From the IMG/VR virus record IMGVR_UViG_3300025122_000010, positions 20,103-84,102 of that record: a stretch of 64,000 bases of DNA; one strand, written 5' to 3'. A model generated the notes under the pieces. The model saw only the letters and a program-made list of their open reading frames with translations, ran no database searches and was not told where the DNA came from. Origin of the DNA: a virus. Below are positions 36,831 through 47,456 of the stretch, in pieces. How positions within the stretch are numbered: position 1 is the first letter of the stretch; each line of letters begins with the position of its first letter. The translations under genes were made by a program, and so were the position numbers.

Positions 36831-37837
36831 GTGGAAACCTTATTATTGGTGGAGGTCCTGCTGGACTAACATTTGCTTTTCTAAATCCTGAATTTGTTGT
36901 CTTAGATGCAAACCCAATGAGTCAAATTAAAACTAAGTATAAGCTTGGTCCAAGATTCATTCAAGTCAATCCCGACACTGTAAAATTCTTCAATGAATAT
37001 ACTGATGAGCTTATGTTAACCGACACAGTTCAAGTTGGTGTGAAGAAAATTGGCTATATGAGAGCGGCTGAACTAATAGAAGAAGCTGACGATAATTTTA
37101 AAAGGAGATATTCTTGGTTGACTCGAGGAAAGAAAGATTATGAAGAGAGCTTTCTTTCTGCAGGTAGAAATAAGATAGAGTTCTTTTATTTTTCAAGTAG
37201 TAGTTATATGATTGGTTTCCATCTTGCTTGTGATCAGTTATTTGACAGGATGATGTCTATATTACAGAAGAGATTGCAAATTGTAAAAGTCAATGTAAGA
37301 GCTATCAGCCCATTTAATAGCTTTATAAAATTAGAATGTAGTGGTAATGAATATGATGCAATCCCTCACAACTATGGAAGACTGGTTAGCACTCTTGATA
37401 TCAGAAAATTTGCAAGAATGACAGAAAGGCAAGCTTGGAAGCTTGGTATGGTTGACAACTTAGGCTTCACTCCAGCATTTAAAGTTAAGGAAAAACATTT
37501 TTATGTGACAGGGTGTAGTGAAGAAGATAAAAGATTAGATGCTGCTAATTTTGCTTATGTGTATTCTGTTGATGGTGTATACACTAGGAAAACAATACAC
37601 TATCCGTTCTACACAGTGTATGAAACTACTGATAAGTTACCGAATTTCCAGAAGTTCATAATGGGCAATCGAATAGTAGATAGATATGAAGACTTACCAA
37701 TTCAAATAGAAGATAGCATGAATATAACTAAGTTAGGGAATATTCAAATGCTGGGAAGGTATGCACAGTGGAATCACTCTATTAGATTTGACACTTTGTT
37801 TAAAGAATTTAGAAGAATTAGGAGGTTTTATGGATAA
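36827..37837 (+). CDS. FAD-dependent oxidoreductase (UDP-galactopyranose mutase-like fold)
   Basis: IIGGGPAGL, GPRF, C-terminal LGRYAQW. Confidence 0.7.
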   Translation: MSGNLIIGGGPAGLTFAFLNPEFVVLDANPMSQIKTKYKLGPRFIQVNPDTVKFFNEYTDELMLTDTVQVGVKKIGYMRAAELIEEADDNFKRRYSWLTRGKKDYEESFLSAGRNKIEFFYFSSSSYMIGFHLACDQLFDRMMSILQKRLQIVKVNVRAISPFNSFIKLECSGNEYDAIPHNYGRLVSTLDIRKFARMTERQAWKLGMVDNLGFTPAFKVKEKHFYVTGCSEEDKRLDAANFAYVYSVDGVYTRKTIHYPFYTVYETTDKLPNFQKFIMGNRIVDRYEDLPIQIEDSMNITKLGNIQMLGRYAQWNHSIRFDTLFKEFRRIRRFYG

Positions 37838-38810
37838 GCTTGAACATATGTTTGAGACTCAAAAAGAGTTTGAAGATCACTTCTTCAGAAAAACATTTGG
37901 AGTTTCATTAGAAGAGTTCATGGAATCAGATAAAAATAAATTAGCTTGGAATAAAGAGTTTATTTTGTGTCTTATGAAAGAATCATCTGAGTTACTAGAC
38001 AACTTGAATTGGAAGCATCATACTGACTTGAATGTAGAGCAGTCTAAAGATAACTTCATTGAGAACTCTGTTGATTTGATGAAGTATCTTTTTGCTCTTC
38101 TTGCAATAAATGGTGTGAATGCTAATGAGTTGTTCAAAAAATTTGTTTCTAAATCAGTTGTTGTAAAAGCCAAATTCGAACAAAAGCTTTTGCTAGAACA
38201 ATTGAAGAAAGATAAAGATCGTAAAATTGCTGTAGTTGATATTGATGGAGTGTTGTCTGATTATCCAGATAGTTTTCTAGCTTCAACTCCATACTTGCAG
38301 AAATTCACTAATATTCAAGATGCAGTTTGCAATGATTATCCTCTATACAATGTTGCTAAAAAGCATTATAGAACAAGTGGGGTAAAAGCTAGCATTGAAA
38401 TAAGAGAGGGTGCAAAAGAACTTTTAGATTATCTCAAAGATTGTGGGTATTTCGTCATACTACTAACTGCAAGACCATATGATAAGGTAAGCAGAATCTA
38501 TCAAGACACATTGTATTGGCTTGACAAGAATAAATTGAAATATGATGCTATAATTTGGGAGAAAGAAAAAGCTAAGTATGCAATAAAGCATTTTAAAGAG
38601 AACAATGTAGTATTTTGCATTGATGACGAGGTGAAGCAAGTTAATAAATTAAGCTCAGAATTCAAAACATATTTTGTCACAAATGAGAAGCTGTATAGAA
38701 GTAGAGAACAGATGTTGGCAATGATCGGTTATTCATTGATAAACACTAATAATATAGTGTTATGTGACAATATGTGCGATGTTCTTCATGAAGTGAAAAA
38801 AGGAGAATAA
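37830..38810 (+). CDS. Fusion of an all-alpha NTP pyrophosphatase (dUTPase/MazG-like) and a HAD nucleotidase
   Basis: ESSELLD.LNWKHH...ENSVDLMKY, then VDIDGVL, LTARP, IDD; start reassigned to 37830. Confidence 0.8.
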   Translation: MDKLEHMFETQKEFEDHFFRKTFGVSLEEFMESDKNKLAWNKEFILCLMKESSELLDNLNWKHHTDLNVEQSKDNFIENSVDLMKYLFALLAINGVNANELFKKFVSKSVVVKAKFEQKLLLEQLKKDKDRKIAVVDIDGVLSDYPDSFLASTPYLQKFTNIQDAVCNDYPLYNVAKKHYRTSGVKASIEIREGAKELLDYLKDCGYFVILLTARPYDKVSRIYQDTLYWLDKNKLKYDAIIWEKEKAKYAIKHFKENNVVFCIDDEVKQVNKLSSEFKTYFVTNEKLYRSREQMLAMIGYSLINTNNIVLCDNMCDVLHEVKKGE

Positions 38811-38812
38811 AA

Positions 38813-39211
38813 ATGCATCAATTGTCAGTATGCATCTATGAGTTTCCAGCAGCAACATATGACATCCAACATTGGAAAACGAGATTTAAAGACAAAATAG
38901 CTTATATTGCAGATGCAGCTGAACTTACTGGTGACCCTAATGTTTATTATTTTCAAATGAAGGGTAGAAAAGTAAATGGTGGTTATGTTGGAGAAACTGT
39001 ATATTGTATACCTCATTATAGATTACATGATGTTATGTTACGCGATCCGATAGTAGAGATATTCGATGCTAGTATTACAATTAACTCTGTTTTTAAATTA
39101 ATATTAGTGGGAAGTTTTGACACAAGTATGTTACATAAAATCCTAGTACTAACTGACCAACTCAAATCAATGGGAATGAGGGATCTAAAAGATGAGCAAA
39201 AGAGAGATTGA
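38813..39211 (+). CDS. Hypothetical protein
   Basis: AGGAG RBS, in operon. Confidence 0.6.
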   Translation: MHQLSVCIYEFPAATYDIQHWKTRFKDKIAYIADAAELTGDPNVYYFQMKGRKVNGGYVGETVYCIPHYRLHDVMLRDPIVEIFDASITINSVFKLILVGSFDTSMLHKILVLTDQLKSMGMRDLKDEQKRD

Positions 39212-39770
39212 CAAAGCAATTGTAGAATGTGAGAGTTGCGAACTCCATATGTTGGAAGCAAATGACAATTCTTTGCAAGAAGAAAATGGTTACGGGAAAC
39301 TGGTGGGCAAGGAAGGGAGACAATCTAATGACATAATGATTGTAGGGCTAAATCCTTCAGGTGCTAGATTTGAAGGTCTAAAGCATCCATTTGATGCTAA
39401 TATGAGTAGCACAGTCTATAATGCTGGCACTGGTTTTATGAAGATGTTGAGACACATAGGTATTTATGACCATTGTTACGTAACAAATCTAGTAAAGTGT
39501 TCAACATTCGATAACACTGTAAGTAATGATGATTTCAATAATTGCAAAAAACACTTTGAGCTAGAATTAGAATATGCTAAACCCAAGCTTATACTGGCTT
39601 GTGGTAACCAAGTTTATGAATTCTTGACTACGTATTATAATAACACAGAGGCTAGTATAAAGAAGATATATCATCCTAGCTATTGTTTGAGCTATAATAG
39701 AATCAATGAAGATCAATATCTAAAACATATAGCTAATATCGTCGTTGAATTTGCTGAAAAGGGGAAATAA
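39192..39770 (+). CDS. Uracil-DNA glycosylase superfamily protein (family 4-like, Fe-S)
   Basis: CESCEL, IVGLNPS, YVTNLVKC, IYHPSY. Confidence 0.85.
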   Translation: MSKREIDKAIVECESCELHMLEANDNSLQEENGYGKLVGKEGRQSNDIMIVGLNPSGARFEGLKHPFDANMSSTVYNAGTGFMKMLRHIGIYDHCYVTNLVKCSTFDNTVSNDDFNNCKKHFELELEYAKPKLILACGNQVYEFLTTYYNNTEASIKKIYHPSYCLSYNRINEDQYLKHIANIVVEFAEKGK

Positions 39771-40802
39771 ATGATTAACGTATTTGTCACAGGTGAAGAG
39801 GGAACTATACCAAGAGCAATGAGAGTTATACCTAGTAATTGTCATATTGTAAATGGGGGTTACTTGAAATATGAACATTGGAAAACTCACCAAAGTTTTC
39901 AAGCTCGTCGGCGAGAAATCGATTTTTTAAACAGAGAACTACTCTTTGATTTGTTTTCCAAACACAGTGACGAAATTGATGTTGTGATTCATTCCGGTGC
40001 TTATGTAGGCACTGATTTTTGCGATAGCGATAGTGTAAAAGCAATTGAAACCAATAACATCGGAACTCAAAACATCATCGATATTTGCAATAATTTTAAG
40101 AAACCCTTGGTTCTTATTTCAACAACTGCTATTTTCGATCCCAGTAAGTATAGCTCATCTTCTCCGATAGATGAAAACACACTAATCAATCCACAAACAC
40201 TATATGGAGTAACAAAATACTTTTCAGAATTACAAGTAGAAAGACAGATAAAGGGAAAGTATTTTATACTAAGGCCTGTCTTTGGTTTTGGTGACTATCC
40301 AGACGATCTACATAGTGCATTGACTAAAGTTATTTATACTCTATATAAGAACTATACAGGGACCGAACAAACACTTGAACTTAAATTAGCACCATTCAAT
40401 CAAAAGTCTTATATTAGAGTAGAGAATATAGCAAATGTAATTTTGAAATTTGCTGAACGTATTATGGAACCCAAGGGACATTTTTTTAAGCACTATAATA
40501 TTGGCAAAAATTATTCATATGCAAGAGATTGGCATGAGATGATTGATGTTGTAGCTAATTGTTTTGGAAACTATGAAGCCCCGGACCACCCGGGTCATTC
40601 AATAGATGCAGATGTAATAATGGAGACGTTTAAAAGACAAATAATTTTTGATGCAGATGCTGACTATTTGGGTTGGCATAATATTAATGATAGCTCAATA
40701 TCAAGACTTAAAATAGAACAACTTATTTCTTTTGAAGAGGGTGTTCGAAAGACTGTAAATAGCGTAATACAAAACATTAACGTGGAGCCTTATTGGATAT
40801 GA
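39771..40802 (+). CDS. NAD-dependent epimerase/dehydratase (extended SDR)
   Basis: VTGEEGTI, IHSGA, ISTTAIF, YGVTK. Confidence 0.85.
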   Translation: MINVFVTGEEGTIPRAMRVIPSNCHIVNGGYLKYEHWKTHQSFQARRREIDFLNRELLFDLFSKHSDEIDVVIHSGAYVGTDFCDSDSVKAIETNNIGTQNIIDICNNFKKPLVLISTTAIFDPSKYSSSSPIDENTLINPQTLYGVTKYFSELQVERQIKGKYFILRPVFGFGDYPDDLHSALTKVIYTLYKNYTGTEQTLELKLAPFNQKSYIRVENIANVILKFAERIMEPKGHFFKHYNIGKNYSYARDWHEMIDVVANCFGNYEAPDHPGHSIDADVIMETFKRQIIFDADADYLGWHNINDSSISRLKIEQLISFEEGVRKTVNSVIQNINVEPYWI

Positions 40803-41233
40803 TGATATTTTTTTCAGGACCGGATTGTAGTGGTAAAGACACTGTGATGCATGAAGTTGCACATTTATCAGAATACAAATATTACATGAGCCCTAGATCA
40901 CCGATATGTAATATTGTGTATGATGTTATATTTGATAGAAACATCGATTTATTTGAATCGAATATGAAAACTATAGCTGGACTACTTCCATTAGATGCAT
41001 ACTTTGTGTTAGTTATTGCTGATGTTGAAGTTCTAGTAAATAGGGCAATTAGTAGAGGTGAGCAACATGTGATATCAGAAAAGGATTTTGAAAAGCATTT
41101 GAGAATATACAAAGATGTTTTTGAAATGGTTAGCAATACTTACATACAGTATGCTGATAGGTTCCTTATTATTGATAACTCAGGTGATTTGGAGAAGACA
41201 GCTAAAACACTAAAGGTTAACCTATGCTTATAA
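40793..41233 (+). CDS. dNMP kinase-like P-loop protein
   Basis: GPDCSGKDT, RSPI, IDNS. Confidence 0.75.
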   Translation: MDMMIFFSGPDCSGKDTVMHEVAHLSEYKYYMSPRSPICNIVYDVIFDRNIDLFESNMKTIAGLLPLDAYFVLVIADVEVLVNRAISRGEQHVISEKDFEKHLRIYKDVFEMVSNTYIQYADRFLIIDNSGDLEKTAKTLKVNLCL

Positions 41234-42096
41234 ATAAGTGGACTTTAAACTCAGTTCCATTTCGGGTTCCATTTGTAGGTGAGAAGTTAGGGTATTTTGA
41301 CTACAATGAGTGTGTTAGAGTGTTTTCAACTTACGATGAATTAGAAAACTTGAGTAAAATTGGAAACTGCTCAACAGACGAAGCAGTTGATAGAGTCAAA
41401 TTTGGTGATGTATATGATTCACATGCTCTAACATTTTTCTTGTATAACTTTTCTGCACTCCAAGTTATAGAAAACCATTATGGTAAAGTATCAGATAGTG
41501 TAATGCTTGAACTAGGTTGTAATAATGGATATGTCTCTAGATTGCTACAAAGGAATGGTTTTAAGATCAAAGAATATTGGGGTGTAGATTTTGATTTACA
41601 GTTTTGCATAGAAGGGTTAAGGAATTTTGGTAGTTCTGATCAGATATTTGGAAGCAATTTCATGTCAGGTGATATTAATAAGCCTTTGATGTTTAAAGAG
41701 GCATCATTTGATTTAGTATTTATGCAAGAAGCATTCGACCATTGCAAAGATAGATTCTTTTATGCTGAGCAATGTTTAAGTGAGATCAAAAGAGTGTTAA
41801 AACCAGATGGACATGCATATATAACATTGGTGTTTGAACATGAACACAGAGACCTCTATCATTGGGATCACAACTATGTTTGGAAAAAGCATGAGTTTGA
41901 AAATGTTGTTAGTGATTATTTCGACATTGTTAATTTTAATCCCTTGATGACATTTGATGAAGTTGTCAAGTCTAACACTTTCGATTCTTGGAAAGTTCGA
42001 AAAAACTGGCCCCATAAATTAGCTAAAATGTTTTGTGCAGGTTTTGTAGACGAGAAAGATACTGCTGTAGGGGCATATATGCTAAGGAGTAAGTGA
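41224..42096 (+). CDS. SAM-dependent methyltransferase
   Basis: MLELGCNNG, GVDFD, SFDLV, EIKRVLKPDG. Confidence 0.85.
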   Translation: MLINKWTLNSVPFRVPFVGEKLGYFDYNECVRVFSTYDELENLSKIGNCSTDEAVDRVKFGDVYDSHALTFFLYNFSALQVIENHYGKVSDSVMLELGCNNGYVSRLLQRNGFKIKEYWGVDFDLQFCIEGLRNFGSSDQIFGSNFMSGDINKPLMFKEASFDLVFMQEAFDHCKDRFFYAEQCLSEIKRVLKPDGHAYITLVFEHEHRDLYHWDHNYVWKKHEFENVVSDYFDIVNFNPLMTFDEVVKSNTFDSWKVRKNWPHKLAKMFCAGFVDEKDTAVGAYMLRSK

Positions 42097-42611
42097 TGCT
42101 AAATATGTTAATAAAAGATTGGAAAAACAGAATAGACAAACAATTTGAAGCTGGATTGTGGGTTGATGGTATTTCAGGTACTTATGAATTGACAAACTTT
42201 GAATATTCTATTTTACCAGTATTAGATAGTCTAGTTGAAGCACCAAATAGAGAAGAAATTATTGAAAGAAATTTTGTAATTGAAAGATCGAAATTAGTAG
42301 CAAATTATTTGCTTGATGACATGAATTCGAGACGTGCTTCATTTGTAAATAACTATGATGGAGAAGACAATCATTGTATTTCATATTTCCATCATTATAT
42401 AAGAGATAATAGTCACCCTAGTCATTGCATGAACGTGTATGTAAGAAGCATGAATTACGATACAAACTTTGTGTTTGACAACCAGACATTTTGTTTGGCA
42501 TATTGGGCAATTCATAATTTACTTACGCTTAAATATGTATTAGAACCAACTACGTATAGTTATATAAGAGTTTTTGTATTTTCACTACACAAATTTAAGG
42601 AAAATCAATGA
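42093..42611 (+). CDS. Minimal thymidylate synthase-fold protein (dCMP-modifying type)
   Basis: SRRA, catalytic-type HC, MNVYVRSMN...FVFD, FSLH. Confidence 0.7.
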   Translation: MMLNMLIKDWKNRIDKQFEAGLWVDGISGTYELTNFEYSILPVLDSLVEAPNREEIIERNFVIERSKLVANYLLDDMNSRRASFVNNYDGEDNHCISYFHHYIRDNSHPSHCMNVYVRSMNYDTNFVFDNQTFCLAYWAIHNLLTLKYVLEPTTYSYIRVFVFSLHKFKENQ

Positions 42612-45600
42612 AGCTAAAATACAAAAATGGAAGTAAGTTTGACACATACATTCCTCTACATGGACATAGCACTTATAGTTTGGGAGATGGTGTAGCTCGT
42701 CTTTCTGATATTGTAAGTAAAACTAAGGAGATAGGAGCTAATGCTGTAGGTCTAACTGAGCATGGGAATATGCTTTCATTTTTCAAGTTCTATAATGAAG
42801 CAAAAGCCAATGATGTAATTCCTATAATTGGTGTTGAGCTTTATGTGAATGACTTATTCTATGATGACAAAGAAGCATTCTTGAAAGCAAAGAGAAGCAA
42901 GGGTGATGAAGATGAAAATGAGCTTGAGTTAGATGCAGCAACAGATACAAGCAATGCACACTTTGTTGTTTACTGCAAGAACTTGAAGGGTATGCATAAT
43001 CTTATTCACTTGTCTAACATTGGTTTCTTTAATTTCTACAGGAAGCCCCTGGTTAAACTTGACATGATGTTTGAGCACCTGGATGAAAACAACATTGTAA
43101 CAACAGGTTGTGTAAACTCACCATTCAACAAACTCATATTGCTAGGTAAGTTGGATGAAGCTGAAAAACTATTGAAGAGATTCAAGAAACATTTCAAGGA
43201 TGATTTTTACTTTGAGATTCAAGCAAATGGAATGGAAGAGCAAAAGATTGTAAATGATTTCTATGAAGAGGCACATACTAGACATAATGTCAAACCTGTA
43301 TTTGCTCTTGACTACCATTATGCAAATAAGGAAGATTATTATATCCAGTATTTGAGTTTTCTAATCAAGAACAGACATACTGTAGAATCAATGCCACTTG
43401 AAGATTGGTTTTATACTGTAAGAAACTTGCACATCAAAGACATTGACGAAGTATATGAAGTTGCAAGTGATATCAATATTAATTTCTTGGAGCTAGCTCT
43501 TAACTCAACATTTGAAATAAGAGACAAGATAGAAATTGATATTCCAACATATCCAAATAATTATCCAAAGTATACTGAAAGTGACAGTGAAACAGATAAG
43601 TTGTTCCTTGAAGTTTTCACAAAGAAGTATAAAGAAAAGATCGATTCAGGAGTTATTCCGAAAGATCGTATCAAAGAATATGATGAAGTGATTGAAAAGG
43701 AAATACAGATTTTTAAGAAGAAAGACTTCATCAACTATCTAATGATTATATCAGATATATTAGATGGTTTTGTATATGCTTCTGGTGGTTCGACAGGAGC
43801 AGGTCGAGGTAGTGCAGCTGGGTCACTAATATTGTTTATAATGGATGTGACAAAGATTGATCCTGTGAAGCATGATCTCATGTTTGAGAGATTCCTGAAT
43901 GCTGACAGGAAGGATCCAGCTGACGTAGATATTGATATAGATAGTGTGACTCAAAAGAAAGTTGAAGGTTACATCAAAGATAGATATGGTGAAGAAAAGG
44001 TATGTCATATAATCAACTTTGCTAAGTTCGGAGCAAAGACAGCTGTAAAAGACTTATGCAGGATATTCAAGCTCGATTATAATCTATCAAATGCATTGAC
44101 TGGTTATTTTGACACACTTAGAACTGATTTACCGATTGGTGAAGAGTTAGATAAAACTGCAAAAATCGCAAAGACACAAGGGAATGCTAAACTTGTTAAG
44201 TTTATAGAAGACAATAGAGATACATTCATTGAATTAGGTAGTAGATTAGTTGGTATGGTAAGGCAAACAGGTAAGCATGCTTCCGGTATTTTGATTTCAA
44301 ACAAGGAGCTAGCTAATTCTGATTTGCCGATCTACAAAGTTAAAGGTGAAATAGTAACGGGAGTTCAAGAAGGTGGAGATGAAAGAGAAGTAAGTGAACT
44401 TGGTTATTGTAAGCTAGATCTTCTAGGCTTGATAACAGCATCGGTAATAAAGGACTCTCTAAATCTAGCTGAAGGGAATCATAAGTTGGAGAATATTGAA
44501 AGAGAGCTTCTAACATCTGAATTTGACGATGAAGGAGTATATGAGCAATTTGCTTTAGGCAACTGTAGAGACATATTCCAGTTTGGTTCAGATGGAATGA
44601 TACAGCTTATTAAGACTACTAAACCAACAAACATCGAAGATCTATCTGCTTTGAATGCAATGTATAGACCTGCATCATTGCAAGGTGGACAGATGGACAT
44701 GTATGTTGAATGTAAGAAAGACCCTGATATAGCTAGATTGAAATATGAAGCTATGCATCCTGATCTCTGGAAGATTTTACAACCAACTTATGGAGCATTA
44801 ATCTATCAGGAGCAAGTCCTTCTTATTCTCAGAGAAATAGGTGGGTTCACAATTGAAGAAGCTGATAATGGAAGAAAAGTTATGAAGCTTCTCCATAAGG
44901 GAAATCAGGAAAAAACTGATGATTTTTTCAAGATGCTTGACAAATTCAAAAGGGGAGCTAAAGAAAAAGGTATATCAGAAGAGGACACTGATTGGTTGCT
45001 TGATATCATGGGAAAGTATTCTGAGTACTGTTTCAATAGATCACATAGTCTAGCATACAGTATTAATGCATATGTTTCAATGTGGTTGAAAGTTCATTAC
45101 CCACTTGAATACTACATTGCACTACTCAACAACTCAACTGCAACTGATATTGGTCATTTCATGAAGACAGCTAAGGTGTCTGGTATCAAGTTCAAAGAGT
45201 TCGTTGTTGGTAACTCAGATATAGATTTCTCAATCGATCAAGACTCTTCTATCAAAATTGGTTTGACTGTTGTGAAGGGTTTGGCATCAAAAGACTATGA
45301 AAACATTATTGATCTAAACAAGTGTAATGATGTGAATGAATTGGTTAAAACTATAAAGAAGATAAGGATAACAAAACGAAGTTTTGAACCTCTATGTAGA
45401 TTAGGGTATTTCAAGAATATATTTGAAAACTCTGCTATGCTTGAAAAGATTCTCAATGAGATAAAGGTAAAGAAGAAGACTGTTATAGAAGAAGAGATAG
45501 AAAAGATAACATCAGAAGAAGTGGAAGACTATTCAGATGCTCAGAAGCTAGCATTTGAAAAGAAGTATCTACAGTTCTATCTATCAAAGCATCCATTTGA

Positions 45601-45922
45601 ACAGTTTAGGGACTTCATTGAAAAAGAAGAACCTGAAATGTTAGAGTCTATGTTAAGTCCGAAGCAAACTAATGATTTGATAGATGGGAAGTATATAGTC
45701 TATGGTGTTATTACTGACATCATAATGAAGAAGTCTAAGAACACAGGGAGAGAGTATTTCAGATTATTGTTAGAAGATGATGAACAGCATGTCTATGTCA
45801 CTATATTTAATGTCGCTGATATGAGAGATATTGGAGAAGGTGATTTGGTAATTATTGAGACTTCAAAGAACAACTTTGGTTTTGCAAAGGCAAGTAAAAG
45901 TAGAATCTACAAATTTAGCTAA
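42608..45922 (+). CDS. dnaE: DNA polymerase III alpha subunit
   Basis: PHP HGHSTYSLGDG, GRGSAAGS, FERFLN, DVDID, KLDLLGL, FNRSHS. Confidence 0.95.
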   Translation: MKLKYKNGSKFDTYIPLHGHSTYSLGDGVARLSDIVSKTKEIGANAVGLTEHGNMLSFFKFYNEAKANDVIPIIGVELYVNDLFYDDKEAFLKAKRSKGDEDENELELDAATDTSNAHFVVYCKNLKGMHNLIHLSNIGFFNFYRKPLVKLDMMFEHLDENNIVTTGCVNSPFNKLILLGKLDEAEKLLKRFKKHFKDDFYFEIQANGMEEQKIVNDFYEEAHTRHNVKPVFALDYHYANKEDYYIQYLSFLIKNRHTVESMPLEDWFYTVRNLHIKDIDEVYEVASDININFLELALNSTFEIRDKIEIDIPTYPNNYPKYTESDSETDKLFLEVFTKKYKEKIDSGVIPKDRIKEYDEVIEKEIQIFKKKDFINYLMIISDILDGFVYASGGSTGAGRGSAAGSLILFIMDVTKIDPVKHDLMFERFLNADRKDPADVDIDIDSVTQKKVEGYIKDRYGEEKVCHIINFAKFGAKTAVKDLCRIFKLDYNLSNALTGYFDTLRTDLPIGEELDKTAKIAKTQGNAKLVKFIEDNRDTFIELGSRLVGMVRQTGKHASGILISNKELANSDLPIYKVKGEIVTGVQEGGDEREVSELGYCKLDLLGLITASVIKDSLNLAEGNHKLENIERELLTSEFDDEGVYEQFALGNCRDIFQFGSDGMIQLIKTTKPTNIEDLSALNAMYRPASLQGGQMDMYVECKKDPDIARLKYEAMHPDLWKILQPTYGALIYQEQVLLILREIGGFTIEEADNGRKVMKLLHKGNQEKTDDFFKMLDKFKRGAKEKGISEEDTDWLLDIMGKYSEYCFNRSHSLAYSINAYVSMWLKVHYPLEYYIALLNNSTATDIGHFMKTAKVSGIKFKEFVVGNSDIDFSIDQDSSIKIGLTVVKGLASKDYENIIDLNKCNDVNELVKTIKKIRITKRSFEPLCRLGYFKNIFENSAMLEKILNEIKVKKKTVIEEEIEKITSEEVEDYSDAQKLAFEKKYLQFYLSKHPFEQFRDFIEKEEPEMLESMLSPKQTNDLIDGKYIVYGVITDIIMKKSKNTGREYFRLLLEDDEQHVYVTIFNVADMRDIGEGDLVIIETSKNNFGFAKASKSRIYKFS

Positions 45923-45933
45923 AGGGATAAAAA

Positions 45934-46773
45934 ATGAACGGTTCATTAACTGAATATGCAGTATCAGCAATGCCAGCATCTATAGAACAAATGAGAGAAG
46001 TTTGTGGAACAGCACCTTCAAGTGATGTGGGACTAAAATCAGACGTCGAGGTGTTTCCAGATGGTGTAGATGTAACATTGGAAGATACTAATCACAACCC
46101 TTATAAAGCTATGTTTTGTGCTGCTACTGCAACTTGGGGTGACAATGAATATGAGCAAAAATGGGACAAGACATCTATAGAAAACAAACTTGAAGTCGTT
46201 AAGGCAGTGTTGACACACAACACACTTCCACTTGCTAGAGAAGTAGTAAGCTTCTTGTTTAGAGTGAAAGGATTGCCTCGTTGGTTGTTTGACCACCATA
46301 CTCACACACCGTTTTGCACATTTATGAGTATAGGTTGTAGGGATAACAACAAGAGTGATGCTGATCTAGTATTGCTTGGTTATAACGTAGTGGGCACAAC
46401 TCATGAAATTAATAAGACAACTTCTAGTTTTCAAATTAATGCTTTGAGACAAGCAAAAGAAATTTATCATGAAATTGTAAATGAGGGTAATGAAACTTGG
46501 CAATCAGCAAGAGCATTTCTACCTCAGTGCTATCAACATTCATATTACTTCTATCAGAACTTACTTTCAATGGGTTCTATGAGATTTGACATAACAAATA
46601 ACGAAGGTTTCAATCTGAAACATTTCTATGTGACTTCTATAAAAAATGCTATTACTGATAGATTTCCATTAATTGGAGACTATATGACAACAATTCTAAC
46701 TGATGGAGATTTTGAGAGAATTGAAGACTATAGATTAAAAGAAAATGATATCAAATTACTGGAGCAAAAATGA
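45934..46773 (+). CDS. ThyX-like flavoprotein (divergent)
   Basis: FRVKGLPRWLFDH, degenerate RHRx7S region, WQSARAFLPQ. Confidence 0.65.
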   Translation: MNGSLTEYAVSAMPASIEQMREVCGTAPSSDVGLKSDVEVFPDGVDVTLEDTNHNPYKAMFCAATATWGDNEYEQKWDKTSIENKLEVVKAVLTHNTLPLAREVVSFLFRVKGLPRWLFDHHTHTPFCTFMSIGCRDNNKSDADLVLLGYNVVGTTHEINKTTSSFQINALRQAKEIYHEIVNEGNETWQSARAFLPQCYQHSYYFYQNLLSMGSMRFDITNNEGFNLKHFYVTSIKNAITDRFPLIGDYMTTILTDGDFERIEDYRLKENDIKLLEQK

Positions 46774-47456
46774 ATACAATTTCTAGAAATGGCATAGAAG
46801 TTCATAAGGGTGTGACTTGTTTGAAGGTTCACATTGATAAAGTTGACTCAAGTAGTGTTGTTTATAGAGTTGAAGGAACACCAATTTGTCAATGGGACCA
46901 GCATTCTAGAGCTAGGATAGGTGCTAAATTTTCAGATTACTGTGTGTCTAATGAAGCTCAATACGCTCTATATACTAATGTATTCAAAATGATGGAGACA
47001 GATGCAGCGTTTTGTTGTAGAGCTATACGAGCACTAGCAAATATAGAAGTCGCAAGAGCAACAGCAAAACAAAAAGCAGAATTCAATTTGATGTCAAGAA
47101 TATGTTCCTATAAAGTTGAGCAAACTTGGGATTCACTTAGAGGACAGATGTTTAGGAGACTGAAGTTCTGTGAAGAAGAGTTCATAGTTGGTTTACACTG
47201 GTTGTTGAAAACTGAATTGTTGCTAAAAACTAAATACTGGGAGAACATTAAAGGTTTCTTACCAGGATGTGATATTAAAGAAGAGTGTGATTATTCAACT
47301 GACTACTATCTAAGTAATATGTTTGGTTGTCTATTTGCTTCTTGTGGTCGTTGGCCAGCTGGAACTGATTATGCAACATTCAATAAATCATGCACAAATT
47401 TATCAGACTTGGAAGAACAACTCAACTTAGTAATACCGGGGGGATCTAATGAGTAG
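46770..47456 (+). CDS. Second ThyX-like protein with Cys-rich C-terminus
   Basis: YRVEG...DQHSRARIG, RRLKFC, PGCD..C. Confidence 0.5.
   Translation: MNTISRNGIEVHKGVTCLKVHIDKVDSSSVVYRVEGTPICQWDQHSRARIGAKFSDYCVSNEAQYALYTNVFKMMETDAAFCCRAIRALANIEVARATAKQKAEFNLMSRICSYKVEQTWDSLRGQMFRRLKFCEEEFIVGLHWLLKTELLLKTKYWENIKGFLPGCDIKEECDYSTDYYLSNMFGCLFASCGRWPAGTDYATFNKSCTNLSDLEEQLNLVIPGGSNE

Noticed and set aside
33681-45922. Inteins or introns in nrdJ and dnaE
   Set aside because: Lengths are normal, motifs are contiguous and no intein or LAGLIDADG signature was seen
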